A DNA stretch of 64,000 nucleotides from a virus: the IMG/VR virus record IMGVR_UViG_3300008111_000001; one strand, given 5' to 3'. Both the position numbers and the translations under genes were made by a program. Positions 10,224 to 19,077 of the stretch are shown one piece after another. How positions within the stretch are numbered: the first letter of the stretch is position 1; every line of letters begins with the position of its first letter. The notes under the pieces were generated by a model. That model worked only from the letters and a program-made list of their open reading frames with translations, was not told the origin of the DNA and made no database searches.

Positions 10224-11102
10224 ATGCTAACATACGGCTCACTTTTTTCGGGCGCAGGAGGAATAGATATTGGTCTAGATAATGCTGGTATGAGCTGTAA
10301 GTTTCAAGTAGAGATAGATGAAAATTGTCAACAAATATTACAGTACAATTGGCCTAATGTCTTAAAATTCAAAGACATAAAAAATGTTAATGGATATGAT
10401 TTACCGGAAGTAGACTTAATTGCGTTTGGATCTCCATGTCAAGACTTATCTACTGCTGGGAATAAAACAGGACTTTATGGAAATAAATCTATTTTATTTT
10501 ATGAAGCTACAAGAATAATAAAAGAAATGAGAGCCAAAACGAATGGACAATACCCAAAATGGTCAATCTGGGAAAATGTTGTTGGAGCCTTATCTTCCAA
10601 CGGAGGTTCCGACTTTGGGCAAGTCCTCCGAGAAATGGATGAAGCAGGGGCGCATTTCAGTGAATGGGCAGTGTTGGATGCACAATACTTTGGAATACCC
10701 CAGCAACGAAGAAGAGTTTACGTCATCTCTGTCTATGATTCTGTTATCGCCAAAAGATGTCCAGAAAAAATATTTTCTCTCAGCCAAGGCAGCGATGGGA
10801 ATTCTTCGAAGAGTATCAAGAGAGAACAAAAAGATTCCACAGAAATTGCTAGTTGCCTTAGAAGCGGTGGCCAAGGAGGAGTCCCCTCAAGTAGGGGAGA
10901 ACATTTAGTTGTTGAGTCAGAAAAAAGGGTTAGAAGACTTACTCCAATTGAATGGGAAAGACTCATGGGCTGGCCGGATAATCACACCTTATTCCGTATT
11001 GATGGACAGACTAACTCAGACACAATAAGATATAAAATGTGTGGTAACGGAGCCGCATCACCTGTGGTAAAATGGATAGCAGATCAAATAAAGGAGATAT
11101 AA
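10224..11102 (+). CDS. DNA cytosine-C5 methyltransferase
   Basis: Motif I LFSGAGG, motif IV GSPCQDLS, motif VI ENV, motif VIII QQRRRVY, RRLTPIEWERLMGWPD, and motif X MCGNG. Confidence 0.93.
   Translation: MLTYGSLFSGAGGIDIGLDNAGMSCKFQVEIDENCQQILQYNWPNVLKFKDIKNVNGYDLPEVDLIAFGSPCQDLSTAGNKTGLYGNKSILFYEATRIIKEMRAKTNGQYPKWSIWENVVGALSSNGGSDFGQVLREMDEAGAHFSEWAVLDAQYFGIPQQRRRVYVISVYDSVIAKRCPEKIFSLSQGSDGNSSKSIKREQKDSTEIASCLRSGGQGGVPSSRGEHLVVESEKRVRRLTPIEWERLMGWPDNHTLFRIDGQTNSDTIRYKMCGNGAASPVVKWIADQIKEI
10543..10908 (+). CDS. Out-of-frame overlapping ORF resembling the beta polypeptide of M.EcoHK31I-type methyltransferases
   Basis: 121-aa +1-frame ORF lying entirely inside the MTase gene; SSLSMIL...VQKKYFLSAKAAMGILRR...KKIPQKLLVALEAVA. 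Confidence 0.6.
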   Translation: MDNTQNGQSGKMLLEPYLPTEVPTLGKSSEKWMKQGRISVNGQCWMHNTLEYPSNEEEFTSSLSMILLSPKDVQKKYFLSAKAAMGILRRVSRENKKIPQKLLVALEAVAKEESPQVGENI

Positions 11103-11501
11103 ATGTCGGATAAATTAAATCCATGGATATACAATGCAGAGGTAAAAAAAGTTGTTGATGGTGACACTTTTGATATTATTATTGACCTTGGTTTTGACGT
11201 GCTCAAAAAGGGTAGAGTTCGCTTATATGGCGTTAATACTCCGGAAAGCAGAACGTCTAACGTTGAAGAAAAGAAGATGGGATTAGCTGCAAAAGAGTTC
11301 ACGGACCAATGGTTAACCGCCGCCAATCACAAAGTTAAAATTGAAACTATTATTGATAAGAACGAAAAGTACGGAAGAGTTCTGGCAAGAGTGTGGAATG
11401 AGGCTGAAGAGTGTCTAAATGATGCTATAATAGCGTCTGGTCTTGCTAGAGCATACTTTGGCGTAGGCGATAAAACATTCACTGAATTCAAAAAGGACTA
11501 A
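11103..11501 (+). CDS. Thermonuclease (SNase-like)
   Basis: VVDGDTFD, RVRLYGVNTPES, KYGRVLA, LIASGLA-type motifs. Confidence 0.85.
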   Translation: MSDKLNPWIYNAEVKKVVDGDTFDIIIDLGFDVLKKGRVRLYGVNTPESRTSNVEEKKMGLAAKEFTDQWLTAANHKVKIETIIDKNEKYGRVLARVWNEAEECLNDAIIASGLARAYFGVGDKTFTEFKKD

Positions 11502-11502
11502 A

Positions 11503-11922
11503 GTGCAAACATTTTTACCGTACGCAGATTTTGAAAAATCTGTAGAAGTATTAGACTATCGCAGATTGGGGAAGCAACGTGTTGAAACATTTCAAGTTCT
11601 TAATATTTTACTTGAAAGAACGCCTACGAAAGGTTGGCGAAACCATCCAGTCACGCTAATGTGGACCGGGTATGAATCAGCTCTGAAGTTATATCAAAAT
11701 ATAACTATCCGTGAATGGGTTCGTAGAGGATACAATAACAATATGCAATACGAAGAAATAGAACCGGGAACTGTTGTAATGCCAGCCTGGTTTGGCAATG
11801 AAGAATTCCATAGATCACATAGATCAAATCTTCTTCGTAAAGACTTTGGATATTATTCACAGTATTTTGATGAACCAAATGACCTAGAATATTATTGGCC
11901 AGGAGTAAGCTATGCCTCTTAA
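11503..11922 (+). CDS. MSMEG_6728-like / pyrimidine-dimer glycosylase (DenV) superfamily protein
   Basis: MQTFLPY...LDYRRLGKQRVE...WRNHP..MW...HRSHRSNLLRKD. Confidence 0.75.
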   Translation: MQTFLPYADFEKSVEVLDYRRLGKQRVETFQVLNILLERTPTKGWRNHPVTLMWTGYESALKLYQNITIREWVRRGYNNNMQYEEIEPGTVVMPAWFGNEEFHRSHRSNLLRKDFGYYSQYFDEPNDLEYYWPGVSYAS

Positions 11923-12316
11923 AGTATTTTTATCTGGAGCCATTGAAGGTGTCGAAGAATATGGTCGCAGTTGGAGAAAAGCTGCTACTGAAAAGCTGCA
12001 CCTTTTTGGTTATGATGTTTTAGATCCAACACTAATCTTCGATAAAGAGTATGAAACTCCAGAAGAAATTGTTGAAAAGAATTTGTTTTTACAGCGCAGA
12101 GCCGATATAATTCTTGTAGAATATATGATCAAAGATCGCCCATATATAGGAACTGATTTTGAATTAGCTTGGGCTAAATTCAACAATCAACCCGCAGTAG
12201 TTTTCTGCTGTGATTCAAATAAAAATAGAGTTTATTTGAAATATATGGCAACAAAACTTGCATCATCGATGCAAGATGCGATAGAATATATCGCAACCAA
12301 TTATCCATCAAATTAA
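11912..12316 (+). CDS. Nucleoside 2-deoxyribosyltransferase-like protein
   Basis: VFLSGAI...VLDP...ADIILV...GTDFELAWA pattern of the NDT fold. Confidence 0.75.
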   Translation: MPLKVFLSGAIEGVEEYGRSWRKAATEKLHLFGYDVLDPTLIFDKEYETPEEIVEKNLFLQRRADIILVEYMIKDRPYIGTDFELAWAKFNNQPAVVFCCDSNKNRVYLKYMATKLASSMQDAIEYIATNYPSN

Positions 12317-12330
12317 CGAAAGGTAATACA

Positions 12331-12525
12331 ATGTCAGATAACAAGTTGAAGTATTTCACAGTAACAACAACAGCAATCGTCAAGGCCAACAATAAGACCG
12401 AGGCGGAAAAGCTGGCTATGTCAACTGGTCGTCGTCCAGTCGGCGTTGCTGGAGAGGTAATCTTCAAGGACGTTGAGATCGAGCGCATCTCGGCTGTTGA
12501 GGCCCACGATCAGCTCGTTGGCTGA
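12331..12525 (+). CDS. Small hypothetical protein with GC-richer codon usage
   Basis: 64 aa; GAAAGG SD; frequent GC-ending codons (AAG, GAG, GTC, ATC). Confidence 0.7.
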   Translation: MSDNKLKYFTVTTTAIVKANNKTEAEKLAMSTGRRPVGVAGEVIFKDVEIERISAVEAHDQLVG

Positions 12526-12551
12526 GTAGTTCAGCAAACGTATTTGTTGTG

Positions 12552-12579
12552 GCTTGAGGGGGAGCAATCCCCCTCAAGC
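12552..12579 (+). terminator. Intrinsic terminator-like hairpin
   Basis: Perfect 12-bp stem GCTTGAGGGGGA/TCCCCCTCAAGC with a GCAA tetraloop, followed by TGTTT. Confidence 0.7.
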
Positions 12580-12602
12580 TGTTTCTAAGGATTGGATATT
12601 TT

Positions 12603-13295
12603 ATGATAATAGCTCAAATGATAGGCAAGAATGAATCCGAGAGATTTCTTGAAGATGTCTTAGAAAGACTATCTTCACAAGTAGATAAGATTGTTTTTAC
12701 AGATGATTGTTCTGATGATAACACTATTGAAATAGCTGCAAAATACGCAGAAGTTTTTCAGAGTCCAGAACCTCTATTCAAAGTGCACGAAGGCAAGCTA
12801 AGAGCTTTTGCGTGGGGAAACTTAGAAAAGTTTGCCTCTGTTGGCGATTGGATAATCGCTATAGATTGCGACGAGATGCTACATCACATTAATGAAATGC
12901 CAATAAGAGATGTTTTGGCTCAGTCTCCAAATGATGTTGTTAATGTTAGGTTCTATCATATGTGGAACGATTCTCAATATCGAGTGGATAAACTTTGGGC
13001 GCCAAACAATAGTTCAAGAATATTTAGATTTGTTCCAAATGGCGGATTTGCAAATAGACAACTCGCCTGTGGATCAGAGCCTACGTATGTAGCAGATTGG
13101 ATTCGCCAAAGAAATTGGTGGCTTAACTCCGGTTTAGTCATGCAACATTTAGGATATGTTAAGGATTCCGACAAAAAAGATAAATATTCAAGATATTCAG
13201 AGATAGATGGTGGTAGATTTCATAACGGAGATCATATTAATTCAATAATGGACGAAAACCCAGTCTTAATTGACTGGGGTACATTTGGTATATAA
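12603..13295 (+). CDS. Glycosyltransferase family 2-like protein
   Basis: KNE...IVFTDDCSDDNT...WIIAIDCDE...MQHLGY. Confidence 0.82.
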   Translation: MIIAQMIGKNESERFLEDVLERLSSQVDKIVFTDDCSDDNTIEIAAKYAEVFQSPEPLFKVHEGKLRAFAWGNLEKFASVGDWIIAIDCDEMLHHINEMPIRDVLAQSPNDVVNVRFYHMWNDSQYRVDKLWAPNNSSRIFRFVPNGGFANRQLACGSEPTYVADWIRQRNWWLNSGLVMQHLGYVKDSDKKDKYSRYSEIDGGRFHNGDHINSIMDENPVLIDWGTFGI

Positions 13296-13308
13296 TTAGG
13301 AGAAAAAA

Positions 13309-13950
13309 ATGACCTGTCTTAACCCCGCTGAATCAATCAAAAACATTACATTGGCTCTTGAAAAGAACAAAAAGTTTTCTTACATTAACGTTACAAAGTC
13401 GGCAATTATCGCTCTAAGTAAAAGTTCAGATAACTCCTTTCCTTCACACTTTGCCAAGAGCGTAATCGCCTCCTTGAAAAATAATGATCCTATGATGATG
13501 AAAGCTATATCTCATTCATTGGTTTCTGACATAGAGGATGGAAAGCATTACAAAATAGGTCTCCATAAAAATGGAACGTACTATTATTCAAATATTTTTG
13601 AATATTATTACATGAATAATAAAGATGTATATAACTCAACAGTTAACTATTACATAAAGAATTCTCCAAGCGTTGTTATCACCTTTCATGATAAGAAGCT
13701 TATACAAAAACATTTTGGCAATAGTGCCCACATAATCAACGTTGCGTATACCAATTACTATGAAAAATTAGATAATATATATGCTCAACTAACCGAATTT
13801 GAGGGTGGAGTAGATTACTGCATTATGGATTGTGGCGTCCTTGGTTTGGCGTTGGCTTCTAAGATATGGGAAAACTTGAACATGTCAGTATTAGATTTTG
13901 GTAAAACATTAAGTTTGAGTAAGACTCCTCAAACAGTAAGCGTGGCATGA
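13309..13950 (+). CDS. GT-D-fold-like protein (tentative)
   Basis: KKFSYI at the N-terminus and DYCIMDCGVLGLALASKI...VLDFG at the C-terminus resemble GT-D fold proteins; adjacent to a GT2. Confidence 0.45.
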   Translation: MTCLNPAESIKNITLALEKNKKFSYINVTKSAIIALSKSSDNSFPSHFAKSVIASLKNNDPMMMKAISHSLVSDIEDGKHYKIGLHKNGTYYYSNIFEYYYMNNKDVYNSTVNYYIKNSPSVVITFHDKKLIQKHFGNSAHIINVAYTNYYEKLDNIYAQLTEFEGGVDYCIMDCGVLGLALASKIWENLNMSVLDFGKTLSLSKTPQTVSVA

Positions 13951-14603
13951 AAAAAGAATACAAAAAGCTAGAAGAAGATGATATTAATTTTCTTACTGAT
14001 CTTCTTTTTGATACATCTTTATCTATTAGCGAAATCGCTAAGCAATTAGACGTATCTATACCGGAAGTTAATAAGAAAATAAATTCTCTTGGTTTGTCGT
14101 GGCTGAAAAATTCTAGAAAAAAAATGTCTAGAGGCCAAACTGCTTTGACGATGATAATGCAAAAACTTCTTCCTGGTGAAGAAATCATTAATGAACACCA
14201 TATAGGTGACAAGTTAAAGCTGGATGTATTTTGCCCTAAATATAAAATAGCAGCAGAGTATCATGGTAGACAGCATTTTTATTATACTAGTAGATTTTTT
14301 GAATCCAAGTATGACTTTGAACAAGCTCAGAAAAGAGATGAAAAAAAAGCGCAGTACTGCATAGACAATGGAATAGCTTTGATCGTTTTTAGGTACAACG
14401 ATTTGTTAACTGAACAAGCTGTTTATGATAGAATGTTAACAGCAATAAGGGAAACTGATTTTGTTTCAAAACCGACTCGCAAAACATCCATAAGTTCTAA
14501 TCCAGCGTACCAAGAAGCTAAAAAGAAAAACTCTGAGTACAAAAAGAAATTGTACAGAAAAATAAAAGGTTCCAAAATTGATGACCGCAGAAGAAGTATC
14601 TGA
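13947..14603 (+). CDS. HTH + Vsr/DUF559-like endonuclease
   Basis: N-terminal HTH (SISEIAKQLDVSIPEV); LDVFCP...AAEYHGRQHF...RDEKK...ALIVFRY. Confidence 0.75.
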   Translation: MKKEYKKLEEDDINFLTDLLFDTSLSISEIAKQLDVSIPEVNKKINSLGLSWLKNSRKKMSRGQTALTMIMQKLLPGEEIINEHHIGDKLKLDVFCPKYKIAAEYHGRQHFYYTSRFFESKYDFEQAQKRDEKKAQYCIDNGIALIVFRYNDLLTEQAVYDRMLTAIRETDFVSKPTRKTSISSNPAYQEAKKKNSEYKKKLYRKIKGSKIDDRRRSI

Positions 14604-16041
14604 GTTAGAAAACTCTCCAATAGAATACCATGCCTTCTCATTATGCCTAAAGCAGCCAGGTGCTGTAGAATTTTTTAATGATAATTTATCTAGTGATATA
14701 GTTGGAATTATTCATGGAGAAAAAGGCGTTCATGAATTCTATGAAGCACTTCTGGGTTTCCACCGTGCTACTGGATTGGATATAGTAGATCCTGTAGCTT
14801 TTAAAGTTTGGTTGCAGTCTGAAACTGATATCTACAACGCTTTAGGTGGAGACACTGGTCTTTCTATAATGCTGGACTATGTTCTTGGTATTGACGTTGG
14901 AAGTAAAGAATCTGTTTTAGAGTTAATTAAGCATAAAGCAAATAAACGAAAGCAGATAAATTATCTTCAAGAGCTTCAGATATTAATTAATAAAAAAGGT
15001 CTCAAGTCTGAAGAAGATACTTCCAGAATATCTGAGTTAACTTCAAAGATTAAAGATTTAGAAAATTCGATAAAGTACAACCCTTTTGATAAGTTAACAA
15101 CAGCTTCAGATATTATGTCTAGAGCTGATGATCTGCTAGACATACCCAGCTTTATGCCTACACAGTTTAAGGCTTTAAATAGGGCTATGGGCTATACTGA
15201 AGACGGTGGCTTCTTTAAGGGGGCTGTCCATGCCGTAATTGCCCCATCAGGTAAGGGTAAGAGTACTTTTACAAAATGCCTAGCGAATCACTGGCTTGAT
15301 TCAGGTTACAGAGTTTTATATGTCAACTTCGAAGAAGCTATTGGTCACTGGGAAAGAATATTGATGACACAAATAATAGGCAAGAATGTTTATTCGGAGT
15401 CTGAGAAATGGTCACAAAAAGAGAAGTTAGATTATATATCGATTTTTAAATCTAGATTGGAAAAATGGGGAGATCGCCTTATGGTTAGACATGATCCTGA
15501 TACCCCATACTTTGAGGATTTAGAATTTTGGCTTAGAGATTTAATAGGACACGCAGATAAAACTCCAGATGTATTAATAATTGACACCATACAATCAATG
15601 TTCACTAGAGGTAACGGTAAGGGTAAGCCTCGATGGGGTGAATTTGAAGAAATGATGGTTAGATTAGAAAAACTAGCTAGAGATATGAATTGCGTTTTAA
15701 TAATAACCGCACAAGAAAATGCTAATAGAATGAAAGAAAGAAGAGAAGTTGTCCAGCAATCTGACACCGGCGGATCTTTAGCTATTCAGCAAAAATGTGC
15801 AGTAACTATTTTTATTACTGAAAAACGTTTAGCGACCCAAGATGAAACCGAAGATGAAAACATTATGCAGCTACAGATTCCCAAGAACAGAATAACTGGC
15901 TCTGCCTTTCTTTATGATCCCCCATTGGTTCGCTACAATGACGAAAAGAAAATATATGAAGATTATGAAGTTGTGAGCGAAAGCTCTTATACGGAAAGTA
16001 CAGATTTACAAGATTTACTTAATGGAGAAGGGTTTGATTGA
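14578..16041 (+). CDS. dnaB: DnaB-like replicative helicase (SF4)
   Basis: Walker A APSGKGKST, NFEE, Walker B LIIDTIQ, TAQ, KNR. Confidence 0.85.
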   Translation: MMTAEEVSELENSPIEYHAFSLCLKQPGAVEFFNDNLSSDIVGIIHGEKGVHEFYEALLGFHRATGLDIVDPVAFKVWLQSETDIYNALGGDTGLSIMLDYVLGIDVGSKESVLELIKHKANKRKQINYLQELQILINKKGLKSEEDTSRISELTSKIKDLENSIKYNPFDKLTTASDIMSRADDLLDIPSFMPTQFKALNRAMGYTEDGGFFKGAVHAVIAPSGKGKSTFTKCLANHWLDSGYRVLYVNFEEAIGHWERILMTQIIGKNVYSESEKWSQKEKLDYISIFKSRLEKWGDRLMVRHDPDTPYFEDLEFWLRDLIGHADKTPDVLIIDTIQSMFTRGNGKGKPRWGEFEEMMVRLEKLARDMNCVLIITAQENANRMKERREVVQQSDTGGSLAIQQKCAVTIFITEKRLATQDETEDENIMQLQIPKNRITGSAFLYDPPLVRYNDEKKIYEDYEVVSESSYTESTDLQDLLNGEGFD

Positions 16042-16832
16042 TGATAGATTTAAGTACTGATTCAATAAAAGACTTTCAAACATGTGAAAGATTATATGAT
16101 TATAGATATGTAGAAAAGCTTCCTGAGACAATCTATTCTCGTGATCTCTATGCTCTAAAGTTTGAAAATAGTTTAAAGAATATTATAAATTTTTTTTGGT
16201 TCAAAAAACAAGCCGGAATCACCCCATCATACGCATCCCTACTAAATAGATGGGAAAAGATTTGGTTTCCAAAGGATACGACTCATTATGATCTAACAAT
16301 AGAGCAGCACGAAAGTGCTTATGGAAACATGTCTAGCTTGACGGCCCAGGCAGCAAACATCCTACTTAATTTCCATGAAACCTATAGTCAATTAGATGCA
16401 ATCCCGTTGTCTATTGCAGATGAGTATGTCGTTACTGTAGATAAAACAGTGAGAATACATGATAAGTTTGATCTTATATATCGGCACGCAGGGCAAAATT
16501 ACGTTGTTAAGTTTATTTTTAACTATAAGAATAGTTACAGACAAATGTATCAAGTAGATTTTTCTTCGATGTATTTAGCTTTCAAAAATCTTCATCCAGG
16601 AAAGGTTGCTTCAACAAAGTTTGGTTATGTTGATTTAATGTCAAACAATCTAAAGTTTAACGAATATGAAATAACTGAACAAGACATAGAGTCAATAAAT
16701 TACTGGTGTGCTACAATAGAGGATAAAGATGTTTTTGTGCCCAGAAGAGGTTTAACATATTATTGTAAAAAGTGTCCATTTGATACGCCGTGTTCCAAAT
16801 GGTCTTTCTCAACTCAAGCTAAAGTAAAGTGA
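16038..16832 (+). CDS. RecB/Cas4-like PD-(D/E)XK fold protein with a degenerate active site
   Basis: N-terminal DFQTCERLYDY and C-terminal CKKCPFDTPC Cys cluster; DKFDL...VVKF in place of D-x-K. Confidence 0.65.
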   Translation: MMIDLSTDSIKDFQTCERLYDYRYVEKLPETIYSRDLYALKFENSLKNIINFFWFKKQAGITPSYASLLNRWEKIWFPKDTTHYDLTIEQHESAYGNMSSLTAQAANILLNFHETYSQLDAIPLSIADEYVVTVDKTVRIHDKFDLIYRHAGQNYVVKFIFNYKNSYRQMYQVDFSSMYLAFKNLHPGKVASTKFGYVDLMSNNLKFNEYEITEQDIESINYWCATIEDKDVFVPRRGLTYYCKKCPFDTPCSKWSFSTQAKVK

Positions 16833-16842
16833 GTATTATATT

Positions 16843-17520
16843 ATGGCTAAAAATTTCTTAGATGAAATTCTTAAAGAAGATAAAAAGAGTTTTTTTGAAA
16901 CAGAAAATGATGTACTGCATCAGTTGTTGGATGAAATAAATCTAATTACAGACGATGCTATAGTTTCATTTGTAAGATCAGTATTGTTGAAGGCAGAAAT
17001 ATTTTGGGATATTCCATCTAGTTTTTCAGGCAAATATCATCCTGGCGATGAGCATGGTCCTGGCGGCAACGTACTGCACACTAAGCGAGTTGTTAGGGTA
17101 GCATCTATCTTGGCTGATTCGTATTCTTTGTCAGATGATGAGAGAAATGTAATTATAGCAGCGTGCCTGCTCCATGACGTCACAAAGGGCATACCCGATT
17201 TTAATGATGCATCCTCTTTTCACTATGACCCCATGCATCCATATACGGTGGCTAAGTTTGTCCAAAATTGTCAAATGTATGATAAAGAATATGGAAACGA
17301 TTCTCAGTCAACTAGTTTATTTATAGCAGAAGAATCTATACAAGCCATATTGCGTTTAGTTAGATGTCATCTTGGTCCATGGTCACCAGTGCCAGAAACC
17401 TATCCTATTACTTATTTAGATTATATTGTTCATATAGCAGATAATCTTGCTAGCAAGATCCATACGGTTATAGAAGATAGTGAGCTTATCAATGAAAAGT
17501 GGCGAAAGCAAGCTGAGTAA
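16843..17520 (+). CDS. HD-domain phosphohydrolase (YhaM-like)
   Basis: PSSFSGKYHP, LHTKRV, LLHDVTK, CHLGPW, HIAD. Confidence 0.82.
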   Translation: MAKNFLDEILKEDKKSFFETENDVLHQLLDEINLITDDAIVSFVRSVLLKAEIFWDIPSSFSGKYHPGDEHGPGGNVLHTKRVVRVASILADSYSLSDDERNVIIAACLLHDVTKGIPDFNDASSFHYDPMHPYTVAKFVQNCQMYDKEYGNDSQSTSLFIAEESIQAILRLVRCHLGPWSPVPETYPITYLDYIVHIADNLASKIHTVIEDSELINEKWRKQAE

Positions 17521-17674
17521 GCAGCAGCGTATTGTAAATAGAACGTTTATTTTAAACAACTTAGATGATATAATTAAAGAGTCTGTTTATTATAGAACAA
17601 ACGCAGATTGTCTCGCAGAGCAATCTGTTGCAAAGATTAACATCTATAACGATACTAAGGTAAAGATATTGTGA
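17480..17674 (+). CDS. Hypothetical protein
   Basis: 64-aa ORF coupled to the primase start. Confidence 0.45.
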   Translation: MSLSMKSGESKLSKQQRIVNRTFILNNLDDIIKESVYYRTNADCLAEQSVAKINIYNDTKVKIL

Positions 17675-18867
17675 AAATGCCAGCCGATCAATCTAAATAT
17701 ATTTCTAATTGGAAATATTTTGAGATAGCTAAGTATGTAAAAAGTTTAGATAGAGTTATTAGAGTCAAGAACAATGACAGACCTGTGTTAATAACGGACG
17801 CAGAGTTAAATAATTTTATTACACAAAACAATAATACCGGTTTGTATACTTCAATATGGAGATATAACGAAACCAATTTGGATTCAGCAACAAGATTGGC
17901 TTCTCTTTATTTTGATATAGACAATAAAGATCAAGAGCAGTCATTAAAAGACTGCATAAAACTTTATGATTATCTTTCCAATTTTATTCCAAAGAATTCT
18001 ATAATAGTTTATTTTACTGGCAAAAAAGGCTTTCATGTTGAGTGCGAAGCCATCGCCTTGGGAATAAATCCGTCTAACAATCTGCCAAATATATTTAGAT
18101 TTATAGCAGAAAGCATTAAATCAAAGTTGAATATAGAATCTTTAGACTTTAGTGTCTACGATGCTAGAAGAATGTGGAGACTTGCGGGAAGCGTTCATCA
18201 AGATACTGGGTTATATAAAAATATAATTTCAGAACAGATGCTGAAAACTGGTTTATCGGCAATAATGGAATACTGTTTATCTCCAGCTGATAACCTAATA
18301 GAAGAACAGTGTTTCAGTGCAAAAGCTAATGAATGGTTTAGAAGTTTTACGTATGAACTAGAGATACATAAAGAAAAATCTAAGGACTTTATTGGTTACT
18401 TTAATAAGTATGGCTCTTCTGCTTTTAAATCTTTTCAAGAATCAGAAAAAGAATTTACTCCAAAAAATCTTGTAGAAAACTGCACAGCTGTAAAAAGACT
18501 GTGGCAACAAGCTATAGAAAAAAAATACTTAGAGCATGAAGCTAGATTGTTTTTGTGTTCCATTCTTACATATAGTGACGAATCCATAAAATTCTTACAC
18601 GGAATACTAAGTAATTGTGATGATTATAACGTGGAAAAAACCAATAGTCACGTAAATGATTGGATTAAGAGAAGACAATTAGGAATTGGCGGAAGACCAT
18701 ATACCTGCGAAAGAGCAAATGCTGTAGGAGTTGGTTGCGGTGAATGTTCGTTGGAAAAAAGAAATAAATGGATAAAAGTTGGCGATAAATATATCGAAAC
18801 ACAAGACCAATCTTCTCCTTCACCAATAAGGTTTGCTTATAAAAATACTAAAAAAGGAGGTGAATAA
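17671..18867 (+). CDS. Archaeo-eukaryotic-type primase (AEP catalytic domain + Cys-rich PriL-like C-terminal domain)
   Basis: YFDID (motif I), YFTGKKGFHV (motif II), DFSVYD..RMWRLAGS (motif III); C-terminal NC...HEARLFL...PYTC...CGEC. Confidence 0.8.
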   Translation: MKMPADQSKYISNWKYFEIAKYVKSLDRVIRVKNNDRPVLITDAELNNFITQNNNTGLYTSIWRYNETNLDSATRLASLYFDIDNKDQEQSLKDCIKLYDYLSNFIPKNSIIVYFTGKKGFHVECEAIALGINPSNNLPNIFRFIAESIKSKLNIESLDFSVYDARRMWRLAGSVHQDTGLYKNIISEQMLKTGLSAIMEYCLSPADNLIEEQCFSAKANEWFRSFTYELEIHKEKSKDFIGYFNKYGSSAFKSFQESEKEFTPKNLVENCTAVKRLWQQAIEKKYLEHEARLFLCSILTYSDESIKFLHGILSNCDDYNVEKTNSHVNDWIKRRQLGIGGRPYTCERANAVGVGCGECSLEKRNKWIKVGDKYIETQDQSSPSPIRFAYKNTKKGGE

Positions 18868-18870
18868 TCC

Positions 18871-19077
18871 ATGGATAATGTAAAAGATCCAGATGATGTT
18901 ATTGGCGTTTGCTCAGAATGCAAGTCAGATCAGCCTGATAGCTATATGTACAAAAGCCCATTCGCCCAAGAGGGTAAACCGGTACCTTGCAAGTACTGTG
19001 GCGGAGTTGTAATTATCACGTATAGGGAAACTAGAGACAGCGCTCTTGATGGTTCCGATAAAAGTAGAGGCATTTGA
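18871..19077 (+). CDS. Small zinc-ribbon protein
   Basis: CSEC...CKYCGG; AGGAGG SD. Confidence 0.65.
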   Translation: MDNVKDPDDVIGVCSECKSDQPDSYMYKSPFAQEGKPVPCKYCGGVVIITYRETRDSALDGSDKSRGI

